Below the pieces are notes generated by a model that saw nothing but the letters and a program-made list of their open reading frames with translations, had not been told where the DNA came from and made no database searches. Below are positions 1 through 10,835 of a DNA stretch of 64,000 nt, piece by piece (within the stretch, counting starts at the first letter, position 1; every line of letters begins with the position of its first letter). The DNA is from Naegleria gruberi (taxonomy: Eukaryota), in assembly GCA_000004985.1 (NCBI GenBank), contig GG738853.1; one strand, written 5' to 3'. A program made the position numbers and the translations under genes.

Positions 1-311
1 CTTTTGATGATGTTGCTGTCAAGCTTTCATTATGGTGTATTGAAAACCAAATTGACCAACAATTTGAATTCCCATTACAAAAGATCTGGTTCTACTTCCC
101 ATTAGAACACGCTGAAGATGCAGAATTACAAGACATGTCATGCGAACTTTTTGGTAAACTCGTTGAAGAACATGAAGCTATGGCTCTTTTCAATAAGTAT
201 GCTATTAACCACAGAGAAGTCATTCAAAAGTTTGGAAGATTCCCATATAGAAATAAGGCCTTAGGAAGAGAAAGTACTCCAGAAGAAATTGAATATCTAG
301 AAAGTCAATAA
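1..311 (+). CDS. 3' end of a gene encoding a DUF924-family protein (C-terminal fragment, stop TAA 309-311)
   Basis: Frame 3 translation ...KYAINHREVIQKFGRFPYRNKALGRESTPEEIEYLESQ* carries the conserved DUF924 C-terminal motif FGRFPhRN..LGR.ST.EE..(F/Y)L. The 5' part lies outside the window. Confidence 0.5.
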   Translation, partial: FDDVAVKLSLWCIENQIDQQFEFPLQKIWFYFPLEHAEDAELQDMSCELFGKLVEEHEAMALFNKYAINHREVIQKFGRFPYRNKALGRESTPEEIEYLESQ

Positions 312-395
312 ATTATTATGAAGACATCGACGTGTCAAACACATGATCATTTAATTAATAATAAGATAGTGAACGGATATAAGTCAATAAATTAT

Positions 396-1408
396 TTAAT
401 GATTGGATTGTTTTTCGGTAGAGCCAACATAGGTTTCTGATAATAAAAGGACGCCAATCGCAACCATTCCTGGTAAGTAAACGTTGAACATGCTTCTCTT
501 TTCAGATTTTTCATCTACTTGGCTATAACTTTCCCATGAATATCTAGTGAAAAAGCTCAAACTTAAAAAGCTAATGTTTAACAACAATACCAACAAGCTA
601 AAATTTTGTTTTCTGGCAATTATCATTACTTTAGTAATGGAATAAACTGAAACAAGAGCAAGAGCAGCCCCATAAATACATTGTCTTTGTAAATAGTTCA
701 ATAAATTTTCAATATTCTATTTAATCCTTACCTAAATGTGTGATATCCAAATACAAAGGTATCCAACATGATAGCAACCCCAACCAATACGTATAAATAG
801 TAGAACGCCGTGGATTTCCAGTCATTCCATCCAACCATTTTGAGTAATATATAAAAAGCAAAGACTGAGAATAATATAAAATTGTAATGGCCAGAAACAG
901 AATTAGGATGAATATTACAAGTATGATCTCCAATATATAATTTCAAGAATATTACTACAGAATATGAGCAATAATACCATGATGAAAATTGTAAAATTGC
1001 TCTTAAAGTTTCTTTCCAATTTCTGCAATGAGTAGAAGGAGAGTATTGTTTCTTATATGAATAAATTAAAGTTATAACTATTCCGAATAATGTTAATACT
1101 AAGAAGGAAGGAAATAAAAAGGTCTTTTTCAAATAAATTGCATTTGAAACTACTTGTTCTTTTTTCTCAAATCTATCCACTAAACAAACATCCACATAAT
1201 CATTATTATATTCAACCATGGATAACAATCTGCAAATTATTGTTAAACTCAAAATCCATTTTCAAAACACAACATACAAACTAGATATAATTAAAAGTCC
1301 ACTCAGAACTGTCAATACGTAATCAACCATATTTGCAATGTTTTCTTGATGTTGTAATGTAGGAGATGAAGAAGAAACGTCAATATTTACTCTATCAGTA
1401 GAACTCAT
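396..1408 (-). CDS. Multi-pass membrane protein of unknown family, 3 exons: complement(1278..1408, 732..1229, 396..684), about 305 aa
   Basis: ATG at 1408 (MSSTDRVNID...). Donor TT|GTATGT with acceptor tttgcag (intron 1230..1277, 48 nt). Second donor AG|GTAAGG with acceptor caaag (intron 685..731, 47 nt). These splices join the three ORF-track pieces 728..1252 and 396..701 in frame. The product has about 6-7 hydrophobic helices and no family motif I recognise. Confidence 0.5.
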
Positions 1409-1936
1409 CCAAGAAGCAGGTGTATTTGCTATTTATCATCACCCAATGAATTATCATACGATAATAATAACATTTAAATTATTAATTATTGAAAAATTCA
1501 TCATCACACCATTCCGGAATATGTTGTTATCCAAATAATAATAATAATAACATCATCATCCACACATCATCATCAAACCAGCAAACTTACGCGCCAAATT
1601 ACGAAGTATTTTACTCTTCCGAAAATTCATTCAATTTCCACGTTATCACGTTGTGCTATTTTTTTTGAGATTTAAGAAAGGAAATTTTGTAAAAATAATT
1701 GTTATCGACATCCTTTTTAAAATAGATAACAATAAACTTTGAACAAATCAATGAAATTATTAATTTGAAATTTAAGAATTTTTTCATTCCGTACCTTTGA
1801 GGTATTATCATTAATCTAATTGGAACTTGGAACATGAATCATATCAATTATTTATACTCAACTTAAGGGCGATACAATAGTTAGTAAATAATGATTATTA
1901 TTTATTGATCAATTCTCACATAACGTGCTAGATGAT

Positions 1937-2875
1937 TTACAACTTCTTGCATGTCTTTCTCTTGATACAAATCTTCTTCAAGATTGACTTGCAACACTTC
2001 TTCTTTCCACCAACCAATTTGAATTTCTTACAAATCTTCTTTCCCTTAGAACGTTTCAAACACTTCTTATAATACTTCTTCTTGATACATCTTGGTGGAA
2101 TTGTAATTGACTTGGCACAATACTTCTTCTTATTATATTTGACACATTTGGAGAGAGTCTTCTTGTGCTTACAGAACTTGATGGTCTTATGCTTGGCACA
2201 GAAGAATTTCTTCTTAATGAGACAACACTTCTTGAAAGATTTTCTTTCCTTACAGTATTTAACCTTCTTATACTTGGCACATTTCTTAGCCCAGGAGACA
2301 ATCTTGCACTTTTTAACATATCTACATTTGGCGACCTTCTTATTGTAAGAATCAACAGTGTACTTGTCGCAGACCTTCTTCTTTTCACACTTCTTGATTG
2401 GAACCTTCTTGAATTTCTTGCAGACCTTCTTAACACCCTTCTTGACGCACTTGTTGACAATCTTGTGCTTGGCACAGAATTTCTTGAAACCCTTCTTGAC
2501 GCAAATCTTCTTAGTTCCATAAGAATCACAAACTTTCCAGTGCTTCTTCTTGGCACATCCAACAGTCTTGTATGCATGCAAGACACACTTCTTTGTTGCC
2601 TTACTATACTTGTCACACTTGGAATATTTCTTATGTTTGAGACATTTACCAGCACCGACAATGGCATATTGATCACAGACCTTCTTTTGACCAACGAGTT
2701 TGTGTTTCAAACACTTCTTAATCCACTTGTGCTTTAAACATTTTCTCTTGCAAACCTTTGGCTTGTGATACTTGTCAACTACTGGAGGTTTGGTTTGATA
2801 GCTGTCGCTTGCTTGAACTGAAAGGATTGCAATCAACAATAGAATTGCAATTGAAACGATTATATTTGTTTTCAT
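1937..2875 (-). CDS. Secreted Lys/Cys-rich low-complexity protein, paralog A (312 aa, signal peptide MKTNIIVSIAILLLIAILSVQA)
   Basis: Real ATG at 2875 and TAA at 1937. About 35% Lys and 13% Cys in a repeating C-x-K-x-K-K pattern. It is about 94% nt identical to the + strand gene at 62251..63222. Confidence 0.75.
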   Translation of the reverse strand: MKTNIIVSIAILLLIAILSVQASDSYQTKPPVVDKYHKPKVCKRKCLKHKWIKKCLKHKLVGQKKVCDQYAIVGAGKCLKHKKYSKCDKYSKATKKCVLHAYKTVGCAKKKHWKVCDSYGTKKICVKKGFKKFCAKHKIVNKCVKKGVKKVCKKFKKVPIKKCEKKKVCDKYTVDSYNKKVAKCRYVKKCKIVSWAKKCAKYKKVKYCKERKSFKKCCLIKKKFFCAKHKTIKFCKHKKTLSKCVKYNKKKYCAKSITIPPRCIKKKYYKKCLKRSKGKKICKKFKLVGGKKKCCKSILKKICIKRKTCKKL

Positions 2876-3136
2876 TTTTTCTGTTTTGTTGATCTTGTAG
2901 TTTCAGAAAACTGAAGACAATTTAAACCTTTCGAATACCATTTCATTAGGGATAAAACTCAAAATTAGAAACTTGTAAGGTTCCAAATATGGAAAGAAAT
3001 TTGATTCATAATTTGATAAAATTTGATCCCTCCATTCGCTGAATGAACCAAAGTTTACAATAATAAAGTGTTTTCTTGTAATAAACGTATTGTAAACTAT
3101 TAAAGTTCCTTGAGACATAACTCTCAGTTGAAAGTA

Positions 3137-4627
3137 TTAATATTTCAATTTTGTGATATGTTTCGTATTTAAGAGAGCATCTTTCCCTTCCTTATCCATG
3201 TATTCCGAGAAAATCCTAAGTTTTTTCAAGTTTTTCATTTTAGTGATTGCAATTATTCCTTCATCACCAAATTTGTTCTCATCAACTTGTAGTATAGTTA
3301 ATTGCATCATTTCACTAATGTACTTTGCACCTTCATTACCAAACTCATTGTTACGTGCATTTAGATCAGTCAATTTTTTCAACATACTAATCGATCTAAT
3401 ACCACGATCTCCAATGCTGTTGAACCCAACATCAAGTTTTGTTAAGTGTTCCATTCTGCTTAGTAATTCAGCTCCATTATCATTAATTTGATTTTCTGAA
3501 ATATCGAGCATTGTTAAATGTTTCAATTTACTTATAAACTCAAAGCCATCATTTCCAAGACCTACAACTCCAAATTCTAACTTTTTCAAATGGTCCATTT
3601 TACCAATCATTGAAAAACTCTCGATATTCAAATCATTTCCACCAATATTTAGTTTTGATAATTTTTTCATGTTGTAAATATCTTTCGCCACCTCCTCATC
3701 AACATCATTATAGCTAACATTTAAATAAATCAATTGTTGCAGGTCGCTTAAGTGTTTCACTCCTACATTAGATAAATAATTTACGGAAATATCAAGTTTG
3801 GTCAGTTGTTTCAATTGACCAATAGATTTAGCGCCTTCATCATCAATATTGTTTCCGCTTATATCAAGTTTAGTTAATTGCTTCAAATCTTCAATTTGGT
3901 TTGATGATGATTTTTCTAATTTGTTGTACTGCACTTTGAGTATTATTAATTGTTTCATCTCACATATAAATTTGAACCCTTTTGAACGAATAGAGTTGTG
4001 AGAAATATCGAGATTAGTCAATTGGCCCAATTTGCTAATAATTTTTGATCCTTCCTCACCCATTCGACAATATCTAACATCTAGTTCAGTCAATTGCTTT
4101 AATAAACCAATCGCCTCAACTCCTTTCATTATTGGGTTGTCACTAATATTGAGAATAGTTAATTGTTTAAATTTACCAATTGGTTCAATATCATTAAAAG
4201 TGTGTTTGCTCAATTTTAATTCAGTTAATTTTGGCATCAATCCCACTAACTTCCAAAATTCATCTATGTTTGAAATGTTCTTAAAGCTAACACTTCCAAT
4301 ACATGCAAGAAATTGATTTGTCATTATTTGTTCCAAATCTATTTCTTTTTTAAATTTGAGAGACAATTTTGAATATCTCATCACAACATTAAACCACTGT
4401 TTTGAAATTAGACAACAAGTCTTGAGAATGAAAACAACATCAATAAAAGATAATATTTCATAACAAATATCATCAATAAATAATTCTTGGTTGTCATCTA
4501 CACATATTTCCAATTACATATAATAGGAGTGGTGGATTTATTACTAACCTCTTCTTGATGTCGTCCTTTTCGAAAAGGGATGATAATCTGTCACATGATC
4601 CGAATCGTCCAATAATCGTTTGCTCAT
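3137..4627 (-). CDS. F-box / RNI-type leucine-rich-repeat protein, 2 exons: complement(4549..4627, 3137..4497), about 479 aa
   Basis: Exon 1 is ATG(4627) MSKRLLDDSDHVTDYHPFSKRTTSRR. Donor G|GTTAGT, 51-nt intron 4498..4548, acceptor tgtgtag. Exon 2 begins DDNQELFIDDICYEILSFIDVVFILKTCCLISKQWFNVV (F-box consensus), followed by more than 12 LRRs of RNI type (LxxLxxLDISxNxIxDEGAKxI). The ORF-track start for this entry is a TTG. Confidence 0.7.
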
Positions 4628-5297
4628 TTTTTTTAGATTTTTATTTAATCCTTCGAAGTTATTTTTTCAAAACATATAATTAAGGAAATATTGTAATATT
4701 GAGCCAACCACCTAGTGTACTAGTAAAAACAACCTCGATCAATAAATTGATTATTTCAAACTACTCTAACCTTCAATACTTGTTTGCCTTCTCTCTTATT
4801 TATTTACAAATATAGCAATTAATTATTATTAATACAACAATTTAAAAAAAATGAAAAACCTTAAAACCATCACCAGTACTTCGCTCACTTTTTCGTCATC
4901 ACTCTTGCAGAAGAAGCAACAGCAGCAAATGAATATCATGATTGGCTTGCAAAACAACCTCGGAACGAAGGTTACACTGCTCAAAACCAAATACTGTTGT
5001 TCCCTCCACACAGCTAGATTTGGAGCATTGAACGATAGCATCAATGCTGCTATTGCTGCTACTGAGCAAGATAATTTCAATCACAAGACACAATCATCTT
5101 TAATTTTCCATCAACAGGCTTATCATCATTCTCCGAAGAATTTTCCTACAGAAAAAAAATTCTCAAACTCTAATCGTCGTTATCATCGAGGACAAGTTGC
5201 CTTTGGATTGGATAATAGTAGTAGTGTAAATACCAAATATAATATTGGATTGATAAGTAATAGTAGTGGAGCATTTGTTAGTAGAAATTATTCAAAA

Positions 5298-7035
5298 ATG
5301 ATGGGAGAGAAGAGAAAAGTTGTCGGAGCTATTGATCAGGGAACTACTTCGACGAGATTTATGTTGTTCGATGCTAGTGATATGAAGGAAGTGGCCTCTT
5401 ATCAAATTTTACATGAAAATCATTTTCCTAAACCTGGATGGGTTGAACAGTAAGTTGTTGTGGAATGAATTTTTATTTGAAATGGTATAGAGATCCTATT
5501 GAAATTTATACAAATACACTTGAGTGCATGACTAATGCATGTGAAAAATTAGAAGGAGAGGATTATGAAATTATTGGTATTGGTGTGACTAATCAGAGAG
5601 AAACAACAGTGTTGTGGGATTCAGAAACTGGAAAACCACTTTGTAAATCAATTGGTATGTTTTATATTCTATAGAAATGATTAATGAAAATAGTTTGGAA
5701 CGATACAAGAACAAGAGATTTGGTCGATTCCATTTGTAAATCAAAAGCTGGAGGTGACTACTCCAAATTTAGAGAAGTTTGTGGTCTTCCACTTTCCACA
5801 TATTTCAGTGCAGTTAAACTGAGATGGATGATTGACCATTATGATGAGGTAAAAAAAGCAGTCGATAAAGGAACTTGTATGTTTGGAACTGTTGACAGTT
5901 GGTTGATTTGGGTATGTACTAATATTGGAATTTAATTTTGTAAACTTCATTTCAGAATTTAACAGGTGGCCTGAAGGGTGGTATTCACATTACAGATGTT
6001 ACCAATGCCAGTAGAACCATGTTAATGAACTTGAAGACACTTAAATGGGATGATGATATGCTCAATCTCTTTGAAATTCCATCAGGTGTTAAACTTCCAA
6101 CCATCAAGAGTAGTGCTGAAGTTTATTCAAGTATTTCTAAGGAAGTTGTACAAAATCACCCTCTTTTAAGTGGAGTAGCCATTTCTGGAGTAAGTACTCT
6201 AATATTCAAAGTATAATAATATTTATTTCATCATATTCATAATATACAGTGTATAGGAGATCAACAAAGTGCCACTATTGGCCAAAAGTGTTTTAAAATT
6301 GGAGATACAAAGAATACATATGGAACAGGATGTTTCTTACTTATGAATTGCGGACATGAAATTGTTAAATCCAATCACGGATTATTATCAACAGTTCAAT
6401 ATCAACTAGGACCAAATGCTGCTCCAGTCTATGCCTTGGAAGGTTCTGTTGCAGTTTGTGGATCTGGTATTTCATGGTTGGAACATAATTTAAAACTCAT
6501 AGAAAATCCAGCAGAATCTGAAACACTTGCCAGAACAGTTGAAGATACTGGAGGTGTAGTTTTTGTTCCTGCCTTCTCTGGATTATATTGTCCATATTGG
6601 AGATCTGATGCACGTGGTACTATTGTTGGTATTACTCACTATACAAACTCTGCCCACATTGTTAGAGCCATGTTAGAAGCTGTATGTTTCCAAACACAAG
6701 AAGTACTTGAATCCATGGTGAAAGATAGTGGACTTGCTGTTACAAACTTGATGGTTGATGGTGGTATGACCAAGAATCAATTATTAATGCAACTTCAATC
6801 TGATATCAGTAGAAAGAAAGTTAAAGTTCCATCCTATCCTGAAACAACAGTATTAGGAGCTGCAATTTGTGCTGCATTTGGCGTTGGACATTTCAAGGAA
6901 ATCAAGGATATTCCACCATCTCCAAAAGATAAGATGTTAATATTCACTCCTCACATCTCTGAGCAAGAAACTGAACTCAAAATGAAGAGATGGAAGAAGG
7001 CCATTGAAAAGTCATTAAATTGGCATGAAGAATAA
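5298..7035 (+). CDS. GK: Glycerol kinase (FGGY family), 5 exons: 5298..5449, 5491..5654, 5694..5911, 5956..6189, 6250..7035, about 517 aa
   Basis: Strong collinear similarity to eukaryotic glycerol kinase: [93 protein letters not shown]. Introns of 41, 39, 44 and 60 nt with GTAAGT/GTATGT donors keep the frame. The open frame also extends upstream to 4851 (149 extra residues, poly-Q/Ser-rich), so the true start is either 5298 ([10 protein letters not shown]) or further upstream. Confidence 0.85.
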
Positions 7036-7557
7036 AGGATAGATGTTCTATAAGAAAGATCTTGGAAGAAAAAAGAGTTGATGGTTCTTTATTGTGTCAT
7101 TTTCAAGGCGCGATGATTGTTCAAGATGTAGTATATCCTTCTGCAAGGAACAGAGTTGATTCGATGATAACAGTCGTCGTGGGTACCACACTATTCGTTT
7201 GCGATCCGATTGTTGTAGTGGCCACAGTGATAGTAGTGGTAGAGAACATTTTGATAATAGATTGATATTCTTCAGTTTTTTTAATTTTGTTTTTTAATGA
7301 TAGTCGGAAAGTCAATACTCAAGCTTGAAAATACGTGAACAGCCAAACTATTCAGACATTTGGCAGGTAAACCAGTCAGGACATTTTTTAAAACTATTTT
7401 TAAACGTGATTTCAAAAAAACTAGTCGTTACGAAATAAATTAAAAAAAAAGCAAAAACACTTTAAGCTTTGCCAGCGAAAGATGAATATGAGCTTGAGAA
7501 TTTATTCATCATCAATAAACAAGTAAATTATCGTCCATCAATAATCTACTCGCAGTA

Positions 7558-7938
7558 TCAATACTTGGAGGCGCTCGATGGTTCATTACCTCCATCAAAC
7601 TTGTTGCCAAAATCGCTTTCTGTCATTGGTGTAGCAAATTTTATACTTTCTACCTTTTGAATCGCAACGTGGTGGTCATTGCCTTTAACAGAAAAACACC
7701 ACAAACCATCAACAACAATGGTGTGAGTAGTATCATCTTCTTCAACTACTACTACTACACTATTATTTGGTGTAAAATTTTGATTGTTTGTTGAGTGGGT
7801 GTTCATATTCAAGCAAAGTGGTGTGTTATTTGGTTTTTTTGGATGACGATTTTCACACACAGCACCAAGCAAACTATTCTCATTTGCCTTGCTGTGCTTG
7901 TGGTGTGGGAAATGAACCTCAAGGGTTTCGTATTGCAA
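7558..7938 (-). CDS. Hypothetical ORF (TTG at track start; first ATG gives about 82 aa, MNTHSTNNQNF...SSASKY)
   Basis: Open frame only. It has no recognisable domain, uses unusually GC-rich codons for this genome, and no upstream exons were found. Confidence 0.15.
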   Translation of the reverse strand: MQYETLEVHFPHHKHSKANENSLLGAVCENRHPKKPNNTPLCLNMNTHSTNNQNFTPNNSVVVVVEEDDTTHTIVVDGLWCFSVKGNDHHVAIQKVESIKFATPMTESDFGNKFDGGNEPSSASKY

Positions 7939-8421
7939 GGATTACTATTGCATTGTGTCGCTTTCAAGTGCTTTTTAGTGTTGGAGGTCGATTTCTTTGG
8001 CGAAAGGCCTTTTCATTTTACCATTCTGATTCAGTGCGTCAATCAATGAGGATGAATTCAATACCTTATGAAATATTTGAAAGAAATTGCAGAGAATGAG
8101 TGGGAATAGTTCAGATTTTGAAGAAATATTGTTGGATGGTCATTTGTAAATATTCCATTTTTGAAACTTTTGCAATCTGAATATATCAAAAAAGAAGGTT
8201 GTTTAAAATTGGTTTTTGTGAACACTATAAAAATGAGAAAGTAGACGAAAAGTTTCCAAAGTTCGAGATCTCGGGAGATAAAAGTATTTTTGATTAATCC
8301 AATATGCATTATTTCACATCTTCTAGCCAGTACAATTACGTCGATCTATTTGTCAATCTTCAAATTGAAAACTGAAGATGCCAACAATAAACATCATATT
8401 GTGAATAAAATCAAAAGGAAT

Positions 8422-8494
8422 CGCCCACCGTGGGGGTCGAACCCACGACCACAAGGTTAAGAGCCTTGCGCTCTACCGACTGAGCTAGACGGGC
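8422..8494 (-). tRNA. tRNA-Lys(CUU): tRNA-Lys (anticodon CUU), 73 nt
   Basis: Reverse complement reads GCCCGTCTAGCTCAGTCGGTAGAGCGCAAGGCTCTTAACCTTGTGGTCGTGGGTTCGACCCCCACGGTGGGCG. It has a canonical cloverleaf, anticodon loop CTCTTAA, and an oligo-T run immediately 3' on the coding strand. Confidence 0.9.
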
Positions 8495-8586
8495 AGATAT
8501 TAAGGATTTTATGTCACACTAATCATTTTTCCCTTACAGATAATCTACCATTTCTTAATTATATAAATGAGGGAAAATATGTTTAT

Positions 8587-10065
8587 TTACAAAAGATTGA
8601 ACATGAGATACACCACAATGGTAAGAAGAATATACACAGGACCATTGTTGGTAAAAACACTATTTGACTCACTAACAAGAGCTCTTACATCTAATGTATT
8701 GTTTTCATCCATGTAGCCATCAAATTCCAAAACCATTTGATCCATTAAAGAATCAACATTTACAGATCTGGCCATCATTGTGGATAAACTAGCATCTGTA
8801 GTTACTCCATTCTTATCCACAACAATAGAAATTGGACAAGGCATATCGAGAATGCAACCACATTTCAATCCTTCCCAACTGTTCACAAATCTCTGAGCTA
8901 GGAATGTGAATAAATTATTGGCTACTCCAGTGTCAGGACTTGCATATTTCAGAGTGATAGACTTGTCGAGGAATATTCTGGCAGGTGCCACAACTGCGTA
9001 ATGTTTACAATAGAGACGAGTGGAAGCAAATGCAACACTGGAAACTTGTGGTTGAAAAACAGCAGCTCTGTACAAGTTGAGTTTTTCAAGGTTTGCTTGA
9101 TCATTGCTTCTTACCATTGGATTTCCTTTTGGAAGAAGAGCAATCGGTGCTTTTTGTTTCAATTTAGCATGAATCTCATCCAATGCCAATGACTGAGTCA
9201 ATTGACCATTATTGGCCAAATCAGGGGCCATGTATGGAGTGCAATTTAGAGCACGTGCCATTGCAACAGCTAACAATCTATTATCAGAACCATTTACCAA
9301 AGTTTGAGTTTGAGCAGTTCCTCCAAGGGCTTTCAAATTAGCTGCAGTATTTTGACAAGTTCTACCTGCCAATGTCTTGTTTGTACTAATGATATAGGAT
9401 GTAACAACGTTATCTGATTGATCCATGTCAACAATACCAAAATCTCTGACAGTCATACATGATTTTCCATCAAGTGCAGTGCCAAGTGCTGGAACTGGTG
9501 GATTAAAGAAGGAACCAGGATCATTGGTTGCTTTTTCCTTAATAATTTGACTGATTGATGTTTGAACAGCTTCAAAAAATTGCTTTCCATTGCATGAGGC
9601 GAATTGACCAAAAATATCATTTGCTCCATCAATACCATTGACACAATTACCTTGAGCAAGTGAATTACTGGAATCAATTAAAGTAAGAGAACCAGCATTT
9701 GTACCAAACCACAATCCAACAATTGCTGTTTTTGGAAAGACAGGAACAGTTGGTTTGATTGCTGGTTGAGTATTTTGAGTAATTACCAAAGGATTATAAA
9801 TCATGAAGGATCTTGTCTCTGGAACGAAAATAACACCCTCAACAAATGATTGTTGATCAGCAGCAGTCATGACACAAGGGCCATTGGCAGGATTGACAGC
9901 TCTCAAAATATAAGGAGTTGCCAATCCTTGAGGAGTGAGTGGATTTGGAGGAACAATAAGAGCACAATCAGGATTAGCACCCTTTACAATTCTGATATAA
10001 TGTACAAGAATAATGGCAAGACAAATACTTGTCTTGAGTGAGTTGGAAACGATCATGTTGAGCAT
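8587..10065 (-). CDS. Secreted Gly/Asn/Thr/Ala-rich protein with an N-terminal signal peptide and a C-terminal hydrophobic GPI-anchor-like tail (about 492 aa), family unknown
   Basis: First ATG in a good context is at 10065 (MLNMIVSNSLKTSICLAIILVHYIRIVKG is signal-like). The ORF-track start at 10215 is upstream read-through. The C-terminus ...SNSVFTNNGPVYILLTIVVYLMFNLL* is a short polar stretch followed by a hydrophobic end, as in a GPI signal. GC content is higher than in neighbouring genes. Confidence 0.6.
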   Translation of the reverse strand: MLNMIVSNSLKTSICLAIILVHYIRIVKGANPDCALIVPPNPLTPQGLATPYILRAVNPANGPCVMTAADQQSFVEGVIFVPETRSFMIYNPLVITQNTQPAIKPTVPVFPKTAIVGLWFGTNAGSLTLIDSSNSLAQGNCVNGIDGANDIFGQFASCNGKQFFEAVQTSISQIIKEKATNDPGSFFNPPVPALGTALDGKSCMTVRDFGIVDMDQSDNVVTSYIISTNKTLAGRTCQNTAANLKALGGTAQTQTLVNGSDNRLLAVAMARALNCTPYMAPDLANNGQLTQSLALDEIHAKLKQKAPIALLPKGNPMVRSNDQANLEKLNLYRAAVFQPQVSSVAFASTRLYCKHYAVVAPARIFLDKSITLKYASPDTGVANNLFTFLAQRFVNSWEGLKCGCILDMPCPISIVVDKNGVTTDASLSTMMARSVNVDSLMDQMVLEFDGYMDENNTLDVRALVSESNSVFTNNGPVYILLTIVVYLMFNLL

Positions 10066-10438
10066 TTGTGAATGGTATTCAATGGTTTGATTTGAATAAC
10101 AACAGTTTGTTTTTGTTTTTTTTTGATATTGTTCACTAGTCCAATAAAGTGCCGACAATTTAACAGAAATTGCACAAATCATGTATGTTATCAAAAAGGA
10201 AAAGTAGGTTCTCATAAAATTGAATGAAATAAAGGATGAAAGGTTGAGAGATATACGAATATTAACGAATGAGGAGTTTGGATAATGATCTATCGCGAAA
10301 AACTTTCTCTATCTTTATAATTGATTGATTTGGTACACACAGATCCATCATAAATCATTGCAAGTAATAAAAACCTAATTTTCATGTTGAATCTGCAATA
10401 AAACCGAAGATGCAAAAGAGAAAATAAAAAACATGAAT

Positions 10439-10511
10439 CGCCCACCGTGGGGGTCGAACCCACGACCACAAGGTTAAGAGCCTTGCGCTCTACCGACTGA
10501 GCTAGACGGGC
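10439..10511 (-). tRNA. tRNA-Lys(CUU): tRNA-Lys (anticodon CUU), second identical copy
   Basis: 73/73 identity to the 8422..8494 copy, in the same orientation, and followed by an oligo-T run. Only about 5 nt of flank on each side is shared between the copies. Confidence 0.9.
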
Positions 10512-10835
10512 TACATTCACCATACTTGTATTTACTTTATGAGCGAACACTTTCGTTTTCCATATTTTGGTTATGGAGAGTGGCAAAGTTTCTCTAAGGC
10601 AACCCAAGAAGAATTTGATAGTTTAAGCTTTTAAATTTTGAATTTCCAAAATAGCCTGGTCACTCCAAATAAACATTGGATATTGAAGAAAGTTCAATCC
10701 AACTTCTAAAAATGTGAAAATACCTTTTATAAAATTAGTCCTTGATAACATTCTTCAATTGTTAATTCTCTATTCTAATCTTTCATCTCTTGAAAACGAA
10801 ACACATTAAAATACAAATCGAAAAGAAACAAAAGA

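Noticed and set aside
2056-2737. Long ORFs on both strands inside the Lys/Cys-rich gene (2056..2694 -, 2165..2737 +, and the mirror set 62395..63076)
   Set aside because: They are by-products of the AAG/CTT-periodic coding sequence. Only the frame with a signal peptide and a conserved Cys pattern, which is also the frame showing synonymous divergence between paralogs, is credible.
2903-3118. 71-aa ORF between the Lys/Cys-rich gene start and the F-box/LRR gene end
   Set aside because: It lies in the promoter region of the adjacent gene and has a hydrophobic low-complexity product. No support.
10290-10607. 105-aa ORF on the minus strand overlapping tRNA-Lys copy B
   Set aside because: It overlaps a canonical tRNA gene and has no start context or domain. 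Spurious.
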